Shown: positions 50,147-58,516 of the stretch, piece by piece
Position numbering within the stretch: position 1 is the stretch's first letter
Layout: each line of letters begins with the position of its first letter
Assembly: GCA_041937175.2 (NCBI GenBank)
Contig: CP166615.1
Location: 4,475,750-4,539,749, forward strand
Reading direction: 5' to 3'
DNA length: 64,000 nt
Source: Limnothrix sp. BL-A-16
GTDB taxonomy: Bacteria > Cyanobacteriota > Cyanobacteriia > CACIAM-69d
Notes under the pieces: model-generated
Database searches by the model: none
Told to the model about the DNA's origin: nothing
Seen by the model: only the letters and a program-made list of their open reading frames with translations
Position numbers and translations under genes: made by a program

Positions 50147-51079
50147 ATGTCAAAATGTCGGGTTACGGCCCCCAAGAGACTTCCCCGCATGGGGCTGCTC
50201 TTCCGTCAGGCAAACGAGGCAAAAACTGTGACGAATCAGAAGCAAAACCGTTGGCTCACGAGCGCTGTGCTGTTTTTGGCGCTACTCGCTTTTGTTGGAC
50301 TGTCGGTGTTGCCCCTGTTGGGAGGACTGCGCCAAACCCCCAATGCTGCCGCCAGCCCGGGGGCCAGCCCGGCCAGCTCGGAGCGCGATCGACTCATGAA
50401 CGAGGCCAAGGGCTATGAGTTGGTTCTGCAACGGGAACCGGACAATCAAACGGCCCTGCGGGGGCTGTTGGAGGCCAAGCTGAAAATGGGCGATCGCAAG
50501 GGGGCGATCGCGCCGTTGGCCAAACTGGCGGAGCTGAACCCTTCCGAACCGGACTACGGCATTCTGTTAGCCCAAGCCCAAAAAGAGGCGGGAGACTTGG
50601 AAGCGGCGGCAGCCACCTACCGCACCCTGCTCGATCGCCAGCCCAACAGCCTCAAGGCCCTGCAAGGATTGGCCACCCTGTTGGTGGAACAGCAGCGCCC
50701 CCAAGCGGCCGTGGGTTTGGTGCAGGAGTCATTGGATCAGGCGATCGCGGCCAATAAAAGCAAGCCCAACAGCGCCGATGTGGTGTCGATTCGGCTGCTC
50801 TTGGGCGAGGTTTACGTCAAGTTGGAGCGGTATGACGATGCGATCGCTGCGTTTGACAAGGCCCTAGAGGGCAATCCCAAGGATTTTCGACCGGTTTTGG
50901 CCAAGGCGATCGTGTTGCGAAATCAGGGCAAGACTCAACAGGCTGAGGAATTGTTTGCAACGGCTGCGGGGTTAGCGCCCGATCGATTCAAGGATCAAAT
51001 CCGCAAGCTGGCGGCCACAGAACCCGGCGCTGAGCCAACCCCCGCCGCCAGCCCCAGTCCATCGCCCGCACAGCCCTAG
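50147..51079 (+). CDS. Membrane-anchored tetratricopeptide repeat protein
   Basis: N-terminal TM segment; GYELVLQREPDN, DFRPVLAKA TPR pattern. True start probably downstream (~50228). Confidence 0.82.
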   Translation: MSKCRVTAPKRLPRMGLLFRQANEAKTVTNQKQNRWLTSAVLFLALLAFVGLSVLPLLGGLRQTPNAAASPGASPASSERDRLMNEAKGYELVLQREPDNQTALRGLLEAKLKMGDRKGAIAPLAKLAELNPSEPDYGILLAQAQKEAGDLEAAAATYRTLLDRQPNSLKALQGLATLLVEQQRPQAAVGLVQESLDQAIAANKSKPNSADVVSIRLLLGEVYVKLERYDDAIAAFDKALEGNPKDFRPVLAKAIVLRNQGKTQQAEELFATAAGLAPDRFKDQIRKLAATEPGAEPTPAASPSPSPAQP

Positions 51080-51145
51080 GCTCTGGTCGTCATTGCCTGG
51101 AGTCCAGTGAAGATGGTCGATCGGCCATACCCTAACCGCCCCAGA

Positions 51146-51500
51146 CAAGGGGCTTAGGGGGTGTCGTCATTTTTCGAGGTGATGCTGAAACGGTTGATCT
51201 TCTGTGTCCTAATCGTCGTAACAAGGGGCTTAAGCCCCTTGTCCCCCACGATCCGCTAACGGCAGATCTAGGGTTTCGTGCTCAACGACGACAGACTCTA
51301 AGGCCTGTCGTCAAATCATCTGAAACCCTGATGACCTCGTTCTTCAAACCAATCAATCGTAGGGGCGGGGTCTCCCCGCCCAGTTCCCGTGATCCTTGGG
51401 TGTTCCCAAGGGTGGACAGGGTTGTAGCGATCTCCCAGGTTAGGGTTGGGAGACCCAACCCCTACGGCGATGGAAATGACGACAGACCCTAAGCCCCTTG
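51146..51500. mobile_element. Two tandem MITEs (13-bp TIR GGGTCTGTCGTCA, TA target duplication) inserted in the palindrome CAAGGGGCTTAAGCCCCTTG
   Basis: CAAGGGGCT-TA-[51157..51298]-TA-[51301..51489]-TA-AGCCCCTTG. Confidence 0.8.
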
Positions 51501-51555
51501 CCTACGTCGATCCCTGAGGCGTACAGAGTAGCAATTTTGGTTTTTCAGACATCCT

Positions 51556-52479
51556 CTAAGCGCCGCCGGGGCCATCCAAGTCGGCAAAGTCAACCTTGCC
51601 ATGTACGTGGTGATGGCGAGCGGGGGTTGATTCATCGCCTTCCATGATGCCGTTGACGGTTTCCGTGAGCGCTTTGGGATCCATAAAGATCACCTTGGAG
51701 TTGGGGCTTTCGCTAATGCGCTGGCTGGCATCCACATAGCGCTGAGCCACCAGGAATTTCACCATTTGCTCCAAAACCCCTTTGTTTTGGGGACGATCCT
51801 GCATGGCGGCCGAAATGAGCTGCACCGCTTGCACAATCCCTTCAGCCTCAGAAACGGCGGCCCGCTTGCGCCCTTCCGCTTCGGCAATGGCTGCGTCGCG
51901 CTTGCCTTCAGCCTCAGAAACGGCGGCTTGGCGTTCCCGTTCAGCAATTCGGGTTCGCTCCATGGCGCGATCGATCTCTTCCGGGCGCTTGACGTTTTGG
52001 ATCGCCACCCGCAACACCTTAATGCCCCACTCAGTGGTGATGGTATCGAGGCGCTCCAGCAGATAATTATTCAGTTCTTCAATTTTGGAGAAGGTTTCTT
52101 CTAGATCAATTTGACCGAATCGGGCGCGTAATTCCGTCAAAACCAAGTTTCTGAGGGAATCATCCAGATTATCAACGTTGTAGTAGGCGGCCTTCAAGTT
52201 AACGATGCGCCAAGAAACGAGGGCATCCACCTCGATCGCCAAGCCGTCTTTGGTGATGACTTGCTGGGGGGCGATATCCAGGTCGCGTTCCCGCATGGTT
52301 TCGACAATCAGCGAATCCACGAACGGAATCACAAAGTTCAATCCCGGATCGAGCGTGCGTTGATAGCGACCGAGGCGCTCAACCAATGCTTTATTTCCCT
52401 GTTCAATCACCCGAGCGGAGCTGGCAAAGTAGCCCAAGCCCACGGCGAGAGAAACGAGTAGCCCCAACACTGCATCCAC
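51556..52479 (-). CDS. SPFH/band 7 (stomatin-like) membrane protein
   Basis: VERLGRY, PGLNFVIPF, QQVITKD, WGIKVLRV, AEG repeats. Confidence 0.9.
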   Translation of the reverse strand: MDAVLGLLVSLAVGLGYFASSARVIEQGNKALVERLGRYQRTLDPGLNFVIPFVDSLIVETMRERDLDIAPQQVITKDGLAIEVDALVSWRIVNLKAAYYNVDNLDDSLRNLVLTELRARFGQIDLEETFSKIEELNNYLLERLDTITTEWGIKVLRVAIQNVKRPEEIDRAMERTRIAERERQAAVSEAEGKRDAAIAEAEGRKRAAVSEAEGIVQAVQLISAAMQDRPQNKGVLEQMVKFLVAQRYVDASQRISESPNSKVIFMDPKALTETVNGIMEGDESTPARHHHVHGKVDFADLDGPGGA

Positions 52480-52744
52480 TTTGATTCACTCCATGCTTAG
52501 GTGCGACTGTTGGTTGACGCTGCAACCAATGCCGATATTTGGTCTTGCCACTTTGGTTTTGCCACTCTTAGGAGCATTTGACAAGCGGCCGGGCCCCCTG
52601 TGTGGTTGAGGGATGACAGCGATCGCCCCAGAAATGTCCTGGGAGGATCAAAAAATGAATGCAAGATAACCCAAAAAAGATAGCCCAAACAAGAGGGTTA
52701 AAAAATAATCAAAATCGTTGACTGTATGGCTTTTCAATCCTTTC

Positions 52745-53281
52745 TTAGGGATTGTGATCACTGCCAAGAGCAATATCCTCCAGGAGAGGGGCAGTCGCTG
52801 GCCAAATATGCGCTTCAGCCCGCTCGGCTCGCAATCGATCGAGGGTTTCCACAAAATCCCGAATGCCCTGAAACTGCTGATACACCGAGGCAAAGCGCAC
52901 GTAGGCCACTTCGCTGAGCAATCGCAGCCGATCGAGCACCAGTTCGCCTAATTCATTGGTTTTCACTTCCCGAATCGATCGCTGTTGGACTTCCGCTTCA
53001 ATTTCGTCCACGATCGATTCCAACTGCTCTACGCCAATGCCAGTTTTTTCACAGGCGCGGATTAACCCCCGCAGCAGCTTGGAGCGATCAAACGATTCCC
53101 GCCGCCCGTCTCGCTTGACCACCGCGATCGGCACAAATTCCACCCGTTCGTAGGTTGTGAAGCGCCGTAAACAAGCCAAACACTCGCGCCGCCGCCGAAT
53201 GCTTTGTCCGCCTTCCGCCGCCCGCGATTCAAGCACCCGACTATCCGTGTGATGGCAGAACGGACACCGCACAGGCATCAC
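52745..53281 (-). CDS. nrdR: Transcriptional repressor NrdR
   Basis: CPFC, IRRRREC, RFTTYE, ATP-cone, [10 protein letters not shown]. Confidence 0.95.
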   Translation of the reverse strand: MMPVRCPFCHHTDSRVLESRAAEGGQSIRRRRECLACLRRFTTYERVEFVPIAVVKRDGRRESFDRSKLLRGLIRACEKTGIGVEQLESIVDEIEAEVQQRSIREVKTNELGELVLDRLRLLSEVAYVRFASVYQQFQGIRDFVETLDRLRAERAEAHIWPATAPLLEDIALGSDHNP

Positions 53282-53537
53282 CCCTCATAACAGAACCCGA
53301 GTGACAAACCGTGCGATCGAGTTGCCCCACAGACCCTCCATCCAAACGATTCATCACTCGGGTTGAACGGTGATCATGGTCGATCGAGCCACCGAAGGGC
53401 TAGCTCCCAACCCTAGATTGGGCGATCGGGCCAACGATCCAAATATCAATACAGCCAATGGAGCCAATGGAGCCAATGCAGACAAGCTCAATCTAATTAA
53501 GCTCAGTTGGATCAAGCTCAATCTGTCCAAGCCTTGC

Positions 53538-53633
53538 CTACTTGCCAATCCGAGGAGGCTCGCGGAAGGCAATTGCAAAAAACAACGTCCCGATCGCCAA
53601 CGCCAAAATCAAAATGTAGGCAACGCTTTCCAT
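53538..53633 (-). CDS. psbT: Photosystem II reaction centre protein T (below the ORF-track cutoff)
   Basis: Manually translated [31 protein letters not shown]; lies downstream of psbB. Confidence 0.96.
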   Translation of the reverse strand: MESVAYILILALAIGTLFFAIAFREPPRIGK

Positions 53634-53841
53634 CGTTCATTTCCTAACAACTTTTCCTCAGTCTATCAAGCCAGGGTCGAAAACGTTCAGTTTCCAAAAT
53701 CCCGTCAAGTCAGGATTTACAACCTGCAACAATCTTCTGAAAAGGAACTTCCGAAAAAGAACTTCCAAAAAAATATTGAGCTGGCACTGAAGACAGTCTG
53801 CTCAGGGCGATCGGCCCCACCGCCCAACACCCCCAAAACAC

Positions 53842-53875
53842 AGCGGGAGAGCCTGGAATTCCAGACTCTCCCGCT
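53842..53875 (-). terminator. Stem-loop downstream of psbB (terminator or 3' stabiliser)
   Basis: AGCGGGAGAG..CTGGAATTCCAG..CTCTCCCGCT. Confidence 0.6.
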
Positions 53876-53946
53876 AATTTGTGGGCTACCAAGGGGTCAG
53901 AGTCTGACCCTTAGCACCCCAAAGCTAGAGTGACCAACGCCAAGCC

Positions 53947-55467
53947 CTAGACCGACTCCTTGCGGGTGGTCAAGTCGCCCAGTTTTTGGAACGCACCAAA
54001 CTCGATTTGTTCACCCAGGTCAGCTTCAATCCCAGCAAACACGTCGCGGAACAACGTCCGAGCACCGTGCCAGATGTGACCAAAGAAGAACAGCAGCGCA
54101 AACGAAGCATGGGCGAAGGTGAACCAACCGCGAGGGCTGGTGCGGAACACGCCATCTGCATCGGTGGTGTCGAACTCAAACGGTTCGCCCAACTGCGAAC
54201 GGCGAGCCAGTCGCTTCACATCCGCCGGGTTGGTGAAGGTTTGGCCGCCCAGCGCACCGCCGTAGACCTTAGCCGTGACACCGCTTTGCTCAACACTCAG
54301 TCTCGATTCTGCACGACGGAACGGAATGTCCGCACGCACCACACCATCCGCATCGGTCATCACAACCGGGAAGGTCTCGAAGAAGTTCGGCAGACGACGC
54401 ACGTTCAGCTCGCGCCCTTCAGCATCGGTGAACACTGCGTGGCCCAGCCACTTCTTGGCCATGCCGTCGCCGCTGTTCATCTTGCCCACGCGGAACAGAC
54501 CGCCCTTGGCGGGGCTGTTGCCCACATAGTCATAGAAAGCCAGCTTTTCGGGAATTGCCGACCAAGCTTCATCCAAGCTCTTGCCAGCCGCCACATCGGT
54601 TTGAACGCGACGTTGAATTTCCTGTTGGAAATAGCCGCTATCCCACTGATAACGGGTGGGGCCAAACAGTTCGATCGGGGTGGTGGCGTTGCCGTACCAC
54701 ATGGTGCCAGCAACCACGAAAGCCGAGAAGAACACCGCAGCGATACTGCTCGACAGCACGGTTTCGATGTTCCCCATCCGCAGGGCCTTGTACAGGCGCT
54801 CGGGCGGACGGACGCTCAGGTGGAACAGACCGGCAATAATCCCGACAATCCCCGCAGCGATGTGGTGGGCCACAATCCCGCCGGGGTTAAAGGGGTTAAA
54901 GCCATCGGGCCCCCACTCGGGCGCAACGGGCTGGACATGGCCAGTGATGCCATAGGGGTCAGACACCCACATCCCTGGTCCAAACAGACCCGTGAGGTGG
55001 AATGCACCGAAACCAAAGCAGAGAAGACCAGACAAGAACAGGTGGATGCCGAACATCTTCGGCAGGTCGAGGGCGGGTTCGCCCGTGCGGGGATCGGTGA
55101 ACAGTTCCAAATCCCAGAACACCCAGTGCCAAACGGCTGCCAAGAACAGCAGACCCGAAAGGACGATGTGGGCGGTTGCTACGCCTTCAAAGCTCCAGAA
55201 GCCGACGTTGGTGGCAGTTTCACCCGTGACGCTCCAGCCGCCCCACGATTCGGTCACGCCCAAACGCGCCATGAAGGGCAGCACGAACATGCCTTGCCGC
55301 CACATGGGGTTCAGAACGGGATCGCTCGGATCGAAGTTGGATAGCTCAAACAGCGCCATGGAACCGGCCCAGCCGGCCACGAGCGCTGTGTGCATTAGGT
55401 GTACGGCAATCAGTCGGCCTGGGTCATTCAGGACGACTGTATGCACTCGATACCAGGGTAGTCCCAT
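53947..55467 (-). CDS. psbB: Photosystem II CP47 chlorophyll apoprotein
   Basis: [36 protein letters not shown]. Confidence 0.99.
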   Translation of the reverse strand: MGLPWYRVHTVVLNDPGRLIAVHLMHTALVAGWAGSMALFELSNFDPSDPVLNPMWRQGMFVLPFMARLGVTESWGGWSVTGETATNVGFWSFEGVATAHIVLSGLLFLAAVWHWVFWDLELFTDPRTGEPALDLPKMFGIHLFLSGLLCFGFGAFHLTGLFGPGMWVSDPYGITGHVQPVAPEWGPDGFNPFNPGGIVAHHIAAGIVGIIAGLFHLSVRPPERLYKALRMGNIETVLSSSIAAVFFSAFVVAGTMWYGNATTPIELFGPTRYQWDSGYFQQEIQRRVQTDVAAGKSLDEAWSAIPEKLAFYDYVGNSPAKGGLFRVGKMNSGDGMAKKWLGHAVFTDAEGRELNVRRLPNFFETFPVVMTDADGVVRADIPFRRAESRLSVEQSGVTAKVYGGALGGQTFTNPADVKRLARRSQLGEPFEFDTTDADGVFRTSPRGWFTFAHASFALLFFFGHIWHGARTLFRDVFAGIEADLGEQIEFGAFQKLGDLTTRKESV

Positions 55468-55719
55468 TGACTACGGCCTCCTCAATCGTTGGTGATACAG
55501 CAGTGCAGTAAATCGATCGCCTGTTATGGAAGTCGCGATGCAGTTTCTCGAAAGAATCCGTTAAGGCAGTTATCTAAAAAAGTGTATAGAGTCCACATAC
55601 CGATCGCAAGCAAACGGGGAGGCCGATCGCCCTGTGATGGCGGCAATGGGTCATTGGCAGGGGAATGCGCCAGCCGCCGTTGACGGTTGGGGATCGAGAC
55701 CGTGGCGATCGGGGCAACC

Positions 55720-56070
55720 CTAGAACTGGCCGGCTTTTTGGGTTTGAAAGTGGGCTTGGGCCAGGCTCAGGCGCTCGATCACCTGGTCGGCGCTGATTAA
55801 ACGGGTCAGCAGCACTTGCCCGATCGGCTGATTGAAGTTGCCGTCGCCCGTAGTGGTCGGTTCGGGCTTGACCTCGATGGTGACGATGCTGGACTCGACC
55901 CGATACAGCCAGAGCACTTCGTCCTGCTGGGTGATGGAGAGGTGGGTGCGTTCAATGCGGGGCCCGCGTCGCCAAGCGATGGTGCTCCAGGGGCCATCGG
56001 TGCTCCAAACGCGCCCAACAACCCACCCGTCCGCAAGAAAGAAATATTTCCAAGATTCAGTGCTGTTCAT
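55720..56070 (-). CDS. Conserved cyanobacterial hypothetical protein
   Basis: YFFLADGWVVGRVW...IGQVLLTRLISADQVIERL; downstream of the PP2C gene on the same strand. Confidence 0.65.
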   Translation of the reverse strand: MNSTESWKYFFLADGWVVGRVWSTDGPWSTIAWRRGPRIERTHLSITQQDEVLWLYRVESSIVTIEVKPEPTTTGDGNFNQPIGQVLLTRLISADQVIERLSLAQAHFQTQKAGQF

Positions 56071-56120
56071 GGCTGTCCCCGGGGAGGCGATCGCAAGTCC
56101 GCGCTCAACTTATCACCAAT

Positions 56121-58496
56121 TCACGGCGGGTTGTTGACGGCATCGGGAGTGATTGTCGCGGTCTGGCAGCCGTTGGGCAAGGGGAGGGGAGCGGCGGCCA
56201 CAACGCGATCGCCCAAGTCCGCTTGGCGGGCCCAAAGAGTTGCGCCGCTGGCGAGAGAACTGTTCGGATTGCTGCGGCCCAGGGTACAGATTTTGAGTTC
56301 CACCCAGGTCAGGCCAGGTGGCGGCCCAGAGGGGCGATCGCCGGCTGGTGGGTTGGCGATTGGGGTGGCCGTTGGGGTGGCGGGGGCGATCGGCAAGGAA
56401 ATGCGCAGAATTTGAATGGTGCTGTTGGGGGGCAACCAACCAACCAGCGTGGTTCGATCGGGCCCGTATAACCCCAGGGCGGCAGCTTGGGGCTTGATTT
56501 GCAGCACCTCGCCCACATTCAGAGCCATCGGGCTGGGTACGGGGCTGGGTGTGGCGTTGATCCCACTGGGTGAGGCGATCGGGGAGGGGCTAGGAGCCGG
56601 AGGATTGGGAGCATTGGCATCAACCAGTTGCCGCACCAGGGGCATGATCACCAGGGCCAACAGCCCACCGCCAAAAATGACCAGGGCCAACAGACTGAAC
56701 CAGCGGCCAACCCAAGGCGATCGAGCCAGGGGCGATCGCCCTTCCGGGGGAATTGGCGAGGGTTCCGCCGAAGGGGTCACCAGTTCCGTTTGGGGCATTT
56801 TGGCCACCACCGAGGGCAACAGGTCATCCCCTTGGAAACTATTGGGGTTATTGGGGTTGGCAGCGGGCGAAACCTCCAATTCCCGATCGAGCGGTGGACT
56901 CGGAACCATCACGGGGCGGCGTAGGCGGGCTGGATCCGGCAAGAGCTGGCGCGTGGCTCCAATTTGCACCAGGCTAATGGTGGCGTTGTCGTGGCCATTG
57001 TGCTGATTGGCGAGGGCAATCATTTGGGCCACGGTTTGGCCGGGATCCCCTTGGCCCCAACGCACCGGGAACTGGTCACGCCATGATCGCTCGATCAGGT
57101 CAAAATCGCTCACCCCATCGGAGCAGAGGACGATCGCGCAATCCTCGTCCAACACCATTCGGCGCACACTGGGATAAAGTTGCTCAGAATTGCCCATGCC
57201 CAAGGCCTGCACCAGGGCCCCGGCGGCACTGATTTGCAACAAATCCCGATAGAACCCGAGACCCAAACGGGTTTCGCGGGTAGCCAGGTCATCATCCAAG
57301 GTCAAGGCATAGCAGCCCGTGGGTGTGATTTGGTAGGCGCGGCTATCGCCCACATGGGCAATATAAAGCCATCGATCGATCACCAGGGCCAAAACCACCG
57401 TGGTGCCCATCCGTTGGCGCTCGGATCGCCCCTCTTGCACATTGCGCTGGGTAATGACGGCATTGGCCAGCCCGATCGCCCGCAGCAGGGTGGCATTCAC
57501 CAACTCAGGGCTAGGGGGGGCTTGGGCGGCGGCCTCGACAAAGGGCACTAACTCGGTGGTGAGCTGGTCGATCGCCCAACGGGAAGCCACATCCCCGCCC
57601 TCATGGCCCCCCAACCCATCGCAGACGATCGCCAAGCTCAACCGTTGCCCTCGGGTCTGATCTTGGCTGAAGGGATAGCAAGCATCTTCATTGCGCGATC
57701 GGCTCGGCCCCGGGTCGCTCAGGCTGGCCACGGCCAGTTCCACGGGCGCATCCTGGGCCGCCACTTGGGTAATGAGCTGCTCCAAATTCGCCACCAGCGT
57801 CGGCGGATCGCAATTACCCAACGCCACCTGCTGCAAGAGGGGCGACACCAAAGATTCCAAGGCCGGATGGGGCCGCAACCGTTGCACCCACCAGCGCCCC
57901 CACTCGGTCCAACTGGGCGATCGCCCCGCATTGTCCTTCAGGGCCAGTAACCGCACCCAGCCGCTCCCCACCCGCAACCGCTCCGGCTCCAACAGGGTGG
58001 CCGTGACCCCCGCGTCTTGCAAGGGTTCCCAGAGCCGCGCCACTTGCCACAGCCAATTCAGTTGGCGCAGGGGTGTGGCCTTGGCCCATTGGTCAACCAA
58101 CTTTGGCAGCAGGGATCCATCGGGGCCGATCGGGGCTCCTTCAAGCAACAAAATGGCTTCCCGGCTAAAGTTCGACTGCTTGACAACGCCGTAAATTTGG
58201 GGGACTTGGGGCCGATGTTCCACCAGCCGCAAATAGCTAAGAAGCAGGCGAGTGACTTCCCCAGGTACTTCGGGCACTTGGCCTGGCTTGCCGTCCAAAA
58301 AGCACCGATCGCCCAAATAGTAGTAGCGATTGGCGAGCCAAGTGCCGGGAGCCAGCGATCGCAGGTCAGATCCAATCCCGTAGAGGTATAGATGCAGCAG
58401 CGGAGCACCACAGGCAGCACAAATCCTGGCCGAGGCGGGATTCCCGTGACCGCAGTGGGAATTACTGCATTCGATCGACCCGATCGGCACCGTCAT
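56121..58496 (-). CDS. PP2C/PPM Ser/Thr phosphatase with N-terminal zinc ribbon, kinase-like remnant and C-terminal TM/extracellular domain
   Basis: CSNSHC..CAACG; RSRNED, VCDGLGGH, MGTT, HVGDSRAY, LCSDG, GHDNAT. Probable start 58496. Confidence 0.88.
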   Translation of the reverse strand: MTVPIGSIECSNSHCGHGNPASARICAACGAPLLHLYLYGIGSDLRSLAPGTWLANRYYYLGDRCFLDGKPGQVPEVPGEVTRLLLSYLRLVEHRPQVPQIYGVVKQSNFSREAILLLEGAPIGPDGSLLPKLVDQWAKATPLRQLNWLWQVARLWEPLQDAGVTATLLEPERLRVGSGWVRLLALKDNAGRSPSWTEWGRWWVQRLRPHPALESLVSPLLQQVALGNCDPPTLVANLEQLITQVAAQDAPVELAVASLSDPGPSRSRNEDACYPFSQDQTRGQRLSLAIVCDGLGGHEGGDVASRWAIDQLTTELVPFVEAAAQAPPSPELVNATLLRAIGLANAVITQRNVQEGRSERQRMGTTVVLALVIDRWLYIAHVGDSRAYQITPTGCYALTLDDDLATRETRLGLGFYRDLLQISAAGALVQALGMGNSEQLYPSVRRMVLDEDCAIVLCSDGVSDFDLIERSWRDQFPVRWGQGDPGQTVAQMIALANQHNGHDNATISLVQIGATRQLLPDPARLRRPVMVPSPPLDRELEVSPAANPNNPNSFQGDDLLPSVVAKMPQTELVTPSAEPSPIPPEGRSPLARSPWVGRWFSLLALVIFGGGLLALVIMPLVRQLVDANAPNPPAPSPSPIASPSGINATPSPVPSPMALNVGEVLQIKPQAAALGLYGPDRTTLVGWLPPNSTIQILRISLPIAPATPTATPIANPPAGDRPSGPPPGLTWVELKICTLGRSNPNSSLASGATLWARQADLGDRVVAAAPLPLPNGCQTATITPDAVNNPP

Positions 58497-58516
58497 AGCT
58501 CCTAAATTGCTGCTCC

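Noticed and set aside
52497..52735. Short hydrophobic frames upstream of the SPFH gene (possible nfeD remnant)
   Set aside because: No convincing start codon or NfeD motif.
53370..53933. 187-aa plus-strand ORF
   Set aside because: Overlaps psbT antisense and short intergenic repeats; psbT is the real gene.
53986..55344. 452-aa plus-strand ORF
   Set aside because: Antisense shadow of psbB.
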